The position numbers and the translations under genes are program-made. Positions 53,284 through 64,000 of a DNA stretch of 64,000 bases are shown here, piece by piece. Source of the stretch: Neoechinorhynchus agilis (Eukaryota; Animalia; Acanthocephala); contig CM121341.1 in assembly GCA_051530055.1 (NCBI GenBank), forward strand, positions 10,208,784 through 10,272,783, in the 5' to 3' direction. How positions within the stretch are numbered: the first letter of the stretch is position 1; the number at the start of each line of letters is the position of its first letter. The notes under the pieces were generated by a model. The model ran no database searches and had not been told where the DNA came from. It saw only the letters and a program-made list of their open reading frames with translations.

Positions 53284-55062
53284 ATGGCTCTTCGACACTT
53301 GGTTCGGTCAATACACGCAGTTTGTATTGCACGTTTCCCCAGGCGATTGGTGAAACGTTTTGCCGATCGGCCTACTATACAAATGAAAAACAAAAATGAA
53401 CGATACATTCCATTAGAAGATTTGTCAAACAAATTTGTGTTTTTATTTCCCGGCCCTCAAAGTCTAATCAGGTTCAAATACGCTGAACATTTAAAATCAA
53501 TGATTACAATAATCATGTTGGAATATCGGAATTCGCGTTCCTACATGACTGTGCTAAGCAGTTCTCAAGTGTGCGGGATCTTTTTAAGACTTCAAGTGAC
53601 ATTTTACGGTACGACGTAATGAATGTCCTTCGGTCAGACGAAGGGAATGAACCTGTGGTTGTCGAAGAACCCGTACATTTCGTGGTACTCATGGCTTATC
53701 TTGAACGTCTTAAGATTATTAGTCCGAAGACGGTTGAACTTTGCGCTAGAACTGCCGGATTTGGTGTCGGTGAATATGCAGCGCTTGTTATGGCCGGACA
53801 TTTACGCCACCGATTTTTAGCCTTTTTAAACAAGGAATGATTCGCTTTCTTGTCTCTCATAAAACCCTCAACCTCGTGAACTATTTCGGAACTCTTGACG
53901 CCCTTTTTCAAAAAGTTTTTTACATTTAACCGACTTTTTGTGAAAAAATCGATGGTTAAAGCCTAGAGGACGCTTTAGATCTCATAAATGAACGATCGCG
54001 ACTAATTCACGATTCGGCACAAACTGCGCCTTCCGGTCAAATGACCGTACACTTAAAACCGTCGAGCAAACTCAGCTTAGCTTTATTCGCAGGTCGTGAG
54101 TTTTGCGAAAAGAAACTATTAATCGAAGATCCAGTTTGTGCGTGTACGGCTTTCCTTCACACTGAATGTAAGTTGTTGGGCGGAAATCTTGAAGCGATCC
54201 AATTTATGGCACATAATTATAAATATTTCGATCTCGGCAAAGTTCATTACGTCAAGTGCCACTCGGGATTCGTAAATACGATTCGAATGAAGAAGTCATC
54301 GTGGAAGTTGAAGCGAATGATCGGAGAGCGGATTAGGTTAATGCTTCTTTAGATTGCTGAGTCTGTATTTTTATCTTTAGGTGGTGAAGATAAGTGGCCA
54401 AAAAGAAGAATGGAGTTTGATTGCTATTTCTAGTCGATCTTTTCTTTAAATTATCATTTGAAGCAATACGATCTAAATGTTAAACGATAGACTCTTGTTT
54501 GTACTTTAATGGCTAAATAGAATTTGATTAAACAATTCAAGCAATACTCTAAGTGACAAAATGAAATTAGCAGCAAGATTGACTAATTCAAAAAGTATTG
54601 TTAAAGTGAATTGGAGTTTTATGTTATTTTCATGTAACGGAGTTCACAAACAACAATCCCGGTGCCGGATATTTTGATTATAAATTACTCCGACTTATGG
54701 TTATTTATCCCACCATTTCAACTGCATGTTTCATCTTAAATGTCAAGAAGCATTGACAAAAACCTTGGAACGGTAATGTGCGAGTTTGCATGAACAGTAA
54801 CGGTCAATTAGCGGCTACAATTAGCGAAGTCAGAACATCATTAGGTAATCAACTGTTTTCGGCCATAAAATGGGAACAGACAATGTCGGAACTTTACGCA
54901 CATCGAGCGAAGGATACCGAGCTTCCGCGAACACTTGTAATCGGCCCTCCAAGTAATCAACTCGGATTACTTCTAAAAAAAACGAACTATATGGCTAACC
55001 AGCGACTTGTTTCAACGAGATTGGTGCTGAGTGAATCAAGTGAGACTGAGTGCAGAGCCTAA
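53284..55062 (+). CDS. MCAT: Mitochondrial malonyl-CoA:ACP transacylase homologue; pseudoenzyme or pseudogene
   Basis: VFLFPG, VRDLF..ILRYD, TAGFGVGEYAALVMAG, PSGQMTV, NQLFSAIKWEQTM, LVIGPP..QLG follow MCAT order. The Ser/His catalytic positions are altered and exon joins are problematic. Confidence 0.75.
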
Positions 55063-55149
55063 TAGAATTTTTATTCTTATACAATACTTTTGGCTCAGTT
55101 GAAAGGCAAAGTCCCTTGGGCACCTTTATTAAATAAAATTTTTGGGGTC

Positions 55150-55900
55150 TCCATTGATAACCACGTATGATATTCTCATGGTCTTCGGAAACTACCATGC
55201 AAATCTTCCCTTAACTCTCCGTTTCCCAACTGGGCTCTACGCTTTATCATTCCAGATTTTATTGGTCCACTTACCCCAATAATCAACCAAAGTTTCATTA
55301 CTGGAATCTTTCCTAATTGCCTTAAAACAGCAAGGGTAACCCTGCTTCCGAAAGCAGGCAAACTTATATCCACCTTGAGTTTTCGACCCATCTCTATGTT
55401 ACCCTAAAGTGTGACAAGCACACATCAATTTCGTTGCACAAAGGATCCATTAAGCTCTATCTTCTTAAACGTCTCAGATTCCTTGGATTATCATCCAAAG
55501 ACCTTAGGTACTTTTATAACGCCGCCATCCTACCAACGCTCACCTACGCGCATATCCAACCTTCTGCAAGTTTTCTTCTAAACTATTCAAAAACTTAAAA
55601 CATTTCACAAGAGGTGCTCTCCAATCTGCTCCTCCGAACTCCTGCCCGTAGAAAAACACCTCTGTCTAATCTTTCAAAAGCACTCAAAACACCTTCATGC
55701 CATTCCGCCTCTTCAATTTCTACCACAGATTTCTCCTTTTGATCACACTTACAACACTCGCGCCGCCCAACATTTTCCATGCTTCACTTTCTCGCACAAA
55801 TCTGAACCTCCGCTCTTTCTTAACCACTGCTCAATCCTCCAAATGCGAATTGATTCGGAGGAAAGAACGGAAATCTCAAATAAACTAAAACCAACTAATA
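55150..55900 (+). mobile_element. Decayed CR1/L2/jockey-like LINE RT fragment
   Basis: PLTPIINQSFITGIFPNCLKTARVTLLPK...FRPISML. Confidence 0.75.
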
Positions 55901-56294
55901 GACCATAGTCAACTTACCTAAAAAAATTCAAATCTCTGCACGAATCTTAAAGAAGTGTGTTCATTAAGATCTAAAGATACGTAGATCCTTTTCTTTGTTA
56001 ATTAATGAATAAACGTGTTATTATTGATTGCAAACTGAAAGTGACTACGTTAAGGTTAAAAGTGAATGATAAGGCAAAAGGATTCATGCAAAAATATCTC
56101 TATTCTCGGATGAATACATTTAAGATATGAAAAATTTAACGGTGCATATGTGACATTCACGACCGGATACTCAAAGGGAAGATAACCGAAAATATTCTGG
56201 TACAGTTACCATTTATGCCGAATTTCATGCAATCTTTGAGCAACATTATATTTTAGGTGTATAAACACGCAAAGTGTCACTCGCCCACGTTATT

Positions 56295-57830
56295 CTAAAG
56301 CATCGTCTTCCCCATCAACGATTGGCTTTTGTTCATTTCTGACGTTCCAGTGAAGGCAATGAGCCAATGACTCGAACCAGTCGGATATTTGATCTGAATC
56401 ACAGATACAGGGGACTGGATAATCCGCGTTTGTTATTTCCACTCTATTTTCACACAATTTGGGCTTATCTTAAAAAAAACTTACATTTGTCCAGGACTGA
56501 CTTCTCCAACATTATTCCCATCGACCGAAAGCCAAGCTGCGTTTCGTGCTGTATCTGGCACTGTTAACTAAACACTTCAAATAATTAAAAGGTGTCAACC
56601 CATAAATATGTACCCTCAAAACTATTCTTTGAGGCACAATTATTGGTCTGAAGGAAAGAGAATGCGGACAAATGGGGCAAACGACCATTGCATCAACGCT
56701 TGGATGTACCATGGACGCACCTGCGGCCATTGCATAAGCGGTTGAACCTGTCGGTGTCGAGACAATAAGACCTTTGAAAGCGGTTAAAACGAAGAATGCG
56801 AGCTTAAGCAGTTATACCATCTCCTTGGACTTTTGTAATGAATCGATCATTGATGTGCATATCGATATTTGTCAGAAATGCATATGCGCCTCGGTCAATC
56901 ACGATTTCGTTCATTGCTACATAGTCGCGAACAGGGCTTTCCCGATTGTTCGAAAAAACCTTTAATGAAAGACGGCACCGTGCCAATACAGGAGCATCTC
57001 CTAGAGATGAACGGGAATTATTCTTCGTATTTTGATAAGGCACAAAAATGGGATTATCCACATTCTTGCCGAGATCAATGTAGCGGATTCTTTGCTGTAC
57101 TTGGCAATGTAGAAATTAAAGCTTCGTTAAATTTACCGCTTTTAGTATAGGTCTCAAGATGGGAAATAATAATAAACCGATTAGTTCATTTGATGGAGGC
57201 TATTTTATTTCTCATACGTTAGCATATTAAAGTTCAACAAATATCAAATTATGGCAAAAACTAAATTCCTTTTAGAAATACGGCATACCTCGCATTAGTT
57301 TTTTGATCACTGCCTGGTAATGCTTTATACTAAACGGATTCAGAAACCCAATTGAACCTGAATTGAACGGCAATACAGGAGGACAAATGCGTGGAAAGAA
57401 TGACGTCGCTCTGATCAGCGTTCCATCACCACCGATAACTACGATGAAGTCAATCGTTGAGCATTGTGATTGTTCTTCTAAAATCGAGTATAAACCCGAT
57501 ATATGACAAAACTAGCAGCCGTTTTTTATATACCTTTAAAGGCCACTTTATCAATTTTCACAACATTTTTCCACCGCTCATCATCACTCGATATTTTCCT
57601 TAAAAGGTATTTACTTTCAGGTTCCTCGATATACACTTTTATATTTTCCTATTTTTTATAAAAGCGCAATTAGAATTTAAAAAATAATTTCGCCGCACTT
57701 TATCGATTAGGTACGATACAATATTCGCAAAATCGTCTATGAGGCGGGCGTCCTTTCTCATTGTTACAAACGCTGCTTGTGGCTGCTGGAGCCAATTTAA
57801 ATGAGAACTCAATGGATCCAAAATGCTCCT
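56295..57830 (-). CDS. NADK: NAD kinase, multi-exon; 5'-most exon(s) unresolved
   Basis: [74 protein letters not shown]; GT-AG introns. Confidence 0.93.
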
Positions 57831-58185
57831 GTTTTAGAAAAGGGAATGAATGAAAATTTAGTTGTATTCGCGAAAAGACACATTTACATCGGTCTGTGGA
57901 AATTCATAAACTTTGTAGCACGAACAATTTCCCGTTTAGAGCACACCAGACTACGAGATAGGCGAGAACTATTTCTTAAAGGGACAACAAAGAGAGCACG
58001 GGAGGCTTCTTGACGACATTTGAACAGCGTGAAACCCATGGTGTCGGTGGTGTACTCTGATTAGATATCGGTGTGTGAGAGTGGCGAACCAACGGGGGTG
58101 ATATCTGTAGAGGTGACGATTCATACGGACAATGGGTTGTTTTCTTAAAGCGAGACGACCGAATTTCGAGACGAAATGAAGTGCT

Positions 58186-59280
58186 CCAAAGAAAAACACA
58201 TTGACGACTCAAACATTTTAGTCATCTCCAAAAGACGTGGTTTCGACGACAACGACACAAGCTCTAATGCATATCATTTAAGAAAAGAAAATGAGTAACA
58301 AATAATTGTGTTGATGACAAGTGACCAAAACAACTATTCTTCCGTATATTGTTTACGTCACCGGAAACCAATTCAACAAAGGTCAAGCGTCGACATTAAT
58401 AAAATGCGCCAAAGAAAAACACATTGACGACTCAAACATTTTAGTCATCTCCAAAAGACGTGATTTCGACGACAACGACACAAGCTCTAATGCATATCAT
58501 TTAAGAAAAGAAAATGAGTAACAAATAATTGTGTTGATGACAAGTGACCAAAACAACTATTCTTCCGTATATTGTTTACGTCACCGGAAACCAATTCAAC
58601 AAAGGTCAAGCGTCGACATTAATAAAATGCGCCAAAGAAAAACACATTGACGACTCAAACATTTTAGTCATCTCCAAAAGACGTGATTTCGACGACAACG
58701 ACACAAGCTCTAATGCATATCATTTAAGAAAAGAAAATGAGTAACAAATAATTGTGTTGATGACAAGTGACCAAAACAACTATTCTTCCGTATATTGTTT
58801 ACGTCACCGGAAACCAATTCAACAAAGGTCAAGCGTCGACATTAATAAAATGCGCCAAAGAAAAACACATTGACGACTCAAACATTTTAGTCATCTCCAA
58901 AAGACGTGATTTCGACGACAACGACACAAGCTCTAATGCATATCATTTAAGAAAAGAAAATGAGTAACAAATAATTGTGTTGATGACAAGTGACCAAAAC
59001 AACTATTCTTCCGTATATTGTTTACGTCACCGGAAACCAATTCAACAAAGGTCCAGCGTAGACATTAATAAAATGCGCCAAAGAAAAACACATTGACGAC
59101 TCAAACATTTTAGTCATCTCCAAAAGACGTGATTTCGACGACAACGACACAAGCTCTAATGCATATCATTTAAGAAAAGAAAATAAATAACAAATAATTG
59201 TGTTGATGACAAGTGACCAAAACAACTATTCTTCCGTATATTGTTTACGTCACCGGAAACCAATTTAACAAAGGTCCAGC
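58186..59280. repeat. Tandem satellite, 223-bp unit, about 4.9 copies
   Basis: Identical short ORFs recur at 58321, 58544 and 58767; units are almost invariant. Confidence 0.95.
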
Positions 59281-60419
59281 TCAGACCCTTGTGACCGTTT
59301 TAACCCTTCGTTTCTCCCGCAAATACTGATATTCTGTCATTGTGTGACAAGAACGACGTATTTGAATGTATCAGAGGCGACGAGCACGCCTTGTAATCAT
59401 GAAACGTTTTCCAGTCTTGATAAGGAAACTCGGAAGACGCAAAGGAGTATGGCACAGAAGCACTGTCCAGAATCGCGTGGTATTGTTATATATACGAATA
59501 ATCATTTGGATGTTGATAAAATAAATATTCCTTTGGTTACACATCAGGTCCGAATGAGTTGAGCATGGGAACGTTTGGTAATCTGTAGATTTTATGAACC
59601 TTGGTCGGTTTTTAGAAATCTCAAAATATAAGTTTTTAAAGCAGCAAAAGCGATTTGATGTATAACAAATGTTGTTTTGCCCTTTTTTCTAGGGTATTGT
59701 GGTCTTTTTCGCGTGTTTTTGTTCGGAGTGTTATACTTCCATGCTAAGTTCTGACTAGTTTATATTCGCGTTAAAAATCATGGGACATTTTTGTGAAAAT
59801 ATCAACTTAAAGTCGCCAAGAAGGAATTTGCTTCTAGCTGTAGGGAATTTTTGTTTGTTTTTGATTTACTCCATCCTATATCCGTCGAAACAATTCTAGT
59901 GCATGTGTCAATGTCCATCATTCTTATAGTATAGCCACTTCAAATTATATCGATTCCTCGATGAATGTTGGTATCTTTCGCCAACTGAAAATCCATTGCT
60001 TCGATTTCTGATTATTGGCAACTTGGAATACAAGACTAACTTAGGTCGAATGCATAACAATTGAACCGTGCTAACCTTGTGATTCTGTTGATTTCTCATA
60101 AATTTCCCTAGCTCTTTAAATACTAGATTAAATTGTTGATAGCTTAAATAAAGTCCTCTGGTTTTTAAAAGAAGGTTCCACCCTCTACTGCGAAGTCGAC
60201 GCAATGTTAGAAAATTGTCGCTTGTCGGAACACTTCATTTCAATACACTCTTAAGCTTTTGGAGAATTGAAGCACTTATATCTTGGATTATTATCTTCTC
60301 GGAAAAGGATACTTTCTTTTGGTGGTTTTGCCACCCCGGGGATTTAAATTCACTAATTTATTTTTTTTACCAAAATATCGGATTTAATAAATTCTTTTAA
60401 TTTTTACGCTGGATTTATA

Positions 60420-60600
60420 GTTTCTTCGACGCCCCTATTCATCGGCGCAGGCCAAAATGCTAGCCGCATTGCCCCGCTGCACCGCAATGCTTATTTTTTG
60501 GGCTAGGAACGAAGTCGATCTTGGCTCTCCAGTCGCCGCGTTGTTTCGTTTCCCCAATTCCTTCACGAGGGCCAGTGCCGACCACTCCCTTTTCAATGGC
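60420..60600 (-). mobile_element. CRE-type 3' fragment
   Basis: Minus strand IAVQRGNAASILACADE*. Confidence 0.65.
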
Positions 60601-60659
60601 AATTTTAAACTGACTTTATTGCCTTAAATCGATTCAACTACGCAACCTCCTTCGATGGA

Positions 60660-61030
60660 TTCCATTATCAACCGATTTCGTAAATGTGGCTGGTCCAAAA
60701 TTCACTGCATGATTTGATATGGCGGATGAAGAGTCATAACGTCTAAATGCGAATATCTGTGCTGTGAGATCCTTTTGCTGAGTCCCTGTTTGATCTGTCC
60801 CAAATATTTGGTTGGGCCTTTGCAGTGGAACTATGCTGCTGATATTTTTGGCTTATTTTTACGGATACCAGCAAGGTTGCCACCCTGACCGGACCTCACA
60901 GCACAGATATGCATGTAGGCGTTATGATGCTTCTTCAGCTATATCAAATCACGCGTTGAATTGTGGACACCAAATTGATTTTGATGGCGCGAATGTGTGA
61001 CAAACGTACAGCCATATTTAGCCATCGAAA
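60660..61030. mobile_element. Two Penelope-like GIY-YIG endonuclease fragments in inverted orientation
   Basis: Minus 60660-60815 KYLGQIKQGLSKRISQHRY; plus 60880-61030 RTSQHRYACRRYDASSAISNHALNCGHQIDF. Confidence 0.6.
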
Positions 61031-64000
61031 TAAGCTGCGTAGTTGAATCGATTTAAGGCAATAAAGTCAGTTAAGACAGTGGTGTTCTAGCTCAGAGGTT
61101 CGCGTGGACAATGAGTCCAGGAACACGGGTTATAAAAACCAGTTCACAGGATAACGCTATAATGTTTGTGTTTTAGATGTGGCAAACCTCGAGGAAATGT
61201 CAGAATTATCCAAGAGGTGAAATATCGGGGAGATAAATTAGTGAATTTAAATCCCCGGGGTGGCAAAACTACCAAAAGAAAGTCTAAATTTTTGTCTTTC
61301 ATTTATTATCAATGCTTTTTTATGACGGTGAAAAATTAAAGGAATTTATTAAATCAAAATTTCGTACGCCTTTCTAGAAGGTTACAAGCGACTTCACGGG
61401 ATTGTGCCTACGAAATATCGGATTTAATAAATTCCTTTATTTTTTCACCGTCATAAAAAACATAAATAATAATTGAAAGACAAAAATTTAGACCTTAGGT
61501 TAAAGCGGCGGTGTTTTATTTGAATTGTCAAAACGTTTTTTAGGATGACTGAAACAAGGAACTACCTAAAATTACCGGCGGTTTTATAGGATGTGTTTTA
61601 GATGTGGCAAACCTCGAGGAAATGTCAGAATTATCCGAGAGGTGCAATATTGGGGAAATAAATTAGTGAATTTAAATCCCCGGGGTGGCAAAACTACCAA
61701 AAGAATGTTTTAAATCGTCTCAGAAACACTGTTTACACTTTACAGGGAGAGATTTAATCAATTACAAGTCGCCGTTGTGTGAATCATCACATTATTATAC
61801 TAATTGACCGCATCTTATGGACTACGGTGGAAACTATGGCAATGCACCACTGAATACAAAGTAGTCTTAAAAGAACATGCGGGAGCAAAATGCGTGCGAT
61901 CTTGCTTAATGTTCTGCAATCCTCAGAGGCCTTTTGGGAACAGTTCTTTGATATCGAATGCCTCAAGTTTTAGAGAGTGCATTTTTAAAAAGCTTTTACG
62001 ATGAAAACCCCTTAGAATGGTTAATAGGTTTGACGGAAACAATTTTCGAAGATTTTGAACCGGTTGAATAACCACAAATTGGCATTCAAATGTTTCCTCG
62101 ATAATGGATTTTGATTAATCTCATTAAATTTCATAAGTTTATTTTCACAATAAGAGAATAACGTCTTACCTGTTACATAGAAAAGCCAAGATGGCGAATG
62201 GAGACCTTACGGGAACATTAAGACCGGTTCCGCCTGCCGGATATGTCAGGGGTTCGAGAGCAAAGTGCACACCAACCGAAAATTCTGCACGACATCAAGA
62301 ATTAGGTTTTTAACTCATATTTTAGAGAAAAGGACTTTGTCAAATCCTATTACCAAAATATCACTGTTAATGTTAAGGCAGTTAAAGTTTTCGAAACTAA
62401 GCGTCGTCTCTATCCAAAGAATCGCGTATTGAACCTACTTGAATGCATCGTTTTCAAATGACATAATTTTAACGGAACCATTTACATTGCTGATTCGCAC
62501 AGTTCTTTTTTTCCGAAGCCATTTGCGTATACTAAGGCATTGTTGATTCCGTGTTAGATTCGCCAAAAGTTCGCGGATAAAGCAGGCACCTTGTTGACGA
62601 ACGTGAAAGGTTTGAACTTTAAACCCATCAAAACACTTTGTTTCGATGAACTCCTTTTACAAGGTCATCACAATACGACAATGTGAGACATAAAGTTGAT
62701 TGAAAATCGGCGTATGTCTTAAAGATGCAGATAACCTTATAGTTCGTCTACGAAATCCTTTTCTTGATGCATGTGGAAGGCAATATTAGATTGCAAGGCT
62801 AACTGTGCTATCATTTTCTCCTTCTCGTAGTTGATAACAGATTACGAACACATCCACAGCACCGAGAATAGAAAATACCGTTTCTTGAAAATTCCAAAGT
62901 CCGGTTTATCCTTTCCAAATCTAATTAAAATCGGCACTGTCTCCGTGCCACCCGTTGTCCCCAGCTCCTTTTTGTCTGTTCTAATCTGACGTCGTTCGAG
63001 ACAAAAACCTCTCTCCTTCTCTCTTCCCCATGTTAGCGAGTACTTCTACTAGTAGTAGTAGGTTACAGTCGAGACATTTAGCGTCAGCAATGGTGGAATG
63101 TCTCGTCGCTTACTCTACTTTATTTCTGCTGCTATAGGCTCTATTGTTGTTATTATTATTATTAGCCATAGATCAGTCGCCGCTGCCCGTGCCGGAACTG
63201 ACATCCTTCTTCGCCTTGGAATGCTCGAAATGAAACGAACTCGCCCCAATGAGGAAAAATGTGACTAATGTTTCTACGCTGACTTGGGAACTCTTTTGCG
63301 TGTGTTTAAAATGCGCCGTTGTAGTGGAAGGGCAGCAGAAAACAGTCAACTGATGTTGTCAGGTTCACTGGTCGTTCATACTGCAAAGGGCGCCCAACGC
63401 CTTGCAGCACAAAACGAGCATGAAAGGATTGTGTCATCCGATCTTTTAGAAAAGGTTACATTCTGCTTCCATTTATGAAAAAGAGGATGATACACCTTCG
63501 GTAACTTTTTCCCCGCAGTACAGTCTTTCAATTGTGAAAAAGTAATTTATCTTAAAATATCCGATTGATCCAAGGGATGAGAATTTTTCCAAAATGAACC
63601 ACGGTGCGCGGTTGGATTTAATTCAATTTAAAATTTAACTTAGTCTTTAATACTTCGGGAATTTTTTTTAATTGTTCAAATCGTACTATTTTGGATTTAT
63701 AAAAATATCTGTAGTCTCAAGAAATTTTCAATCAAAACGATCGAATCACCCCTAATAATCAATTGAGGTTTATAAATTCAGGCTTAAAAAACCTATGAGG
63801 TATCTTAAATTCCAAGACCCGCCTCTTCAGATGAAATTTAAGCTGCTAGTTAAAACTTACGTGTCCAGTCTGAATGATGTTATTTTCCCCAAAAACTCAT
63901 TCCTTTATCAATTTTTCATACTTTAAATTCATTATAAGCACAAATAGAAGTGGTTAATTGAACATATTCGGTGTGTATATTTAAATCTCGACTAATTCCA

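Noticed and set aside
58321-58967. Three identical 66-aa ORFs (MTKTTILPY...)
   Set aside because: By-product of the 223-bp repeat: GTG start, frame shifts with each unit, no recognisable motif.
62170-62640. Possible spliced gene on the minus strand (e.g. EFSVGVHFALEPLTYPAGG... ending at a gtaaga donor)
   Set aside because: Exon-like pieces are present, but I could not join them in frame or recognise a family.

Overview
This is animal (metazoan) genomic DNA. It is AT-rich and compact, with many GT-AG introns of about 30-50 nt; the taxon cannot be named from the sequence alone. Recognisable genes: a Smad2/3-type R-Smad, RFWD3, MPP10, SRPRA, two sigma-like GSTs, PLPBP, an MCAT-like gene and NADK. 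They sit among decayed retroelements: CRE-type RT/restriction-like-endonuclease elements, RTE, CR1/L2/jockey-like LINEs, Ty3/gypsy and Penelope-like fragments with hammerhead-like motifs. There are also two satellites (about 276 and 223 bp) and MITE/foldback elements. The most striking feature is a cassette of about 3.2 kb carrying an intronless, highly divergent homeobox gene (helix 3 IWYYFRR, no Asn51). It is present in four intact copies, each bracketed by 3' tails of a CRE-type retrotransposon. The first two copies lie inside a roughly 7-kb block that starts in a CRE ORF, ends at a CRE 3' terminus and interrupts the 276-bp satellite almost in phase. The window also has nested inverted architecture: arms of about 5.4 kb (26.9-32.3 kb vs 45.8-52.3 kb) enclose a roughly 6-kb palindrome whose arms each carry a three-exon orphan gene. 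Further oddities are an R-Smad without the SSXS tail, PY motif or DNA-binding hairpin, and an MCAT lacking both catalytic residues. All calls were made by eye with no database searches, and repeat boundaries are approximate.
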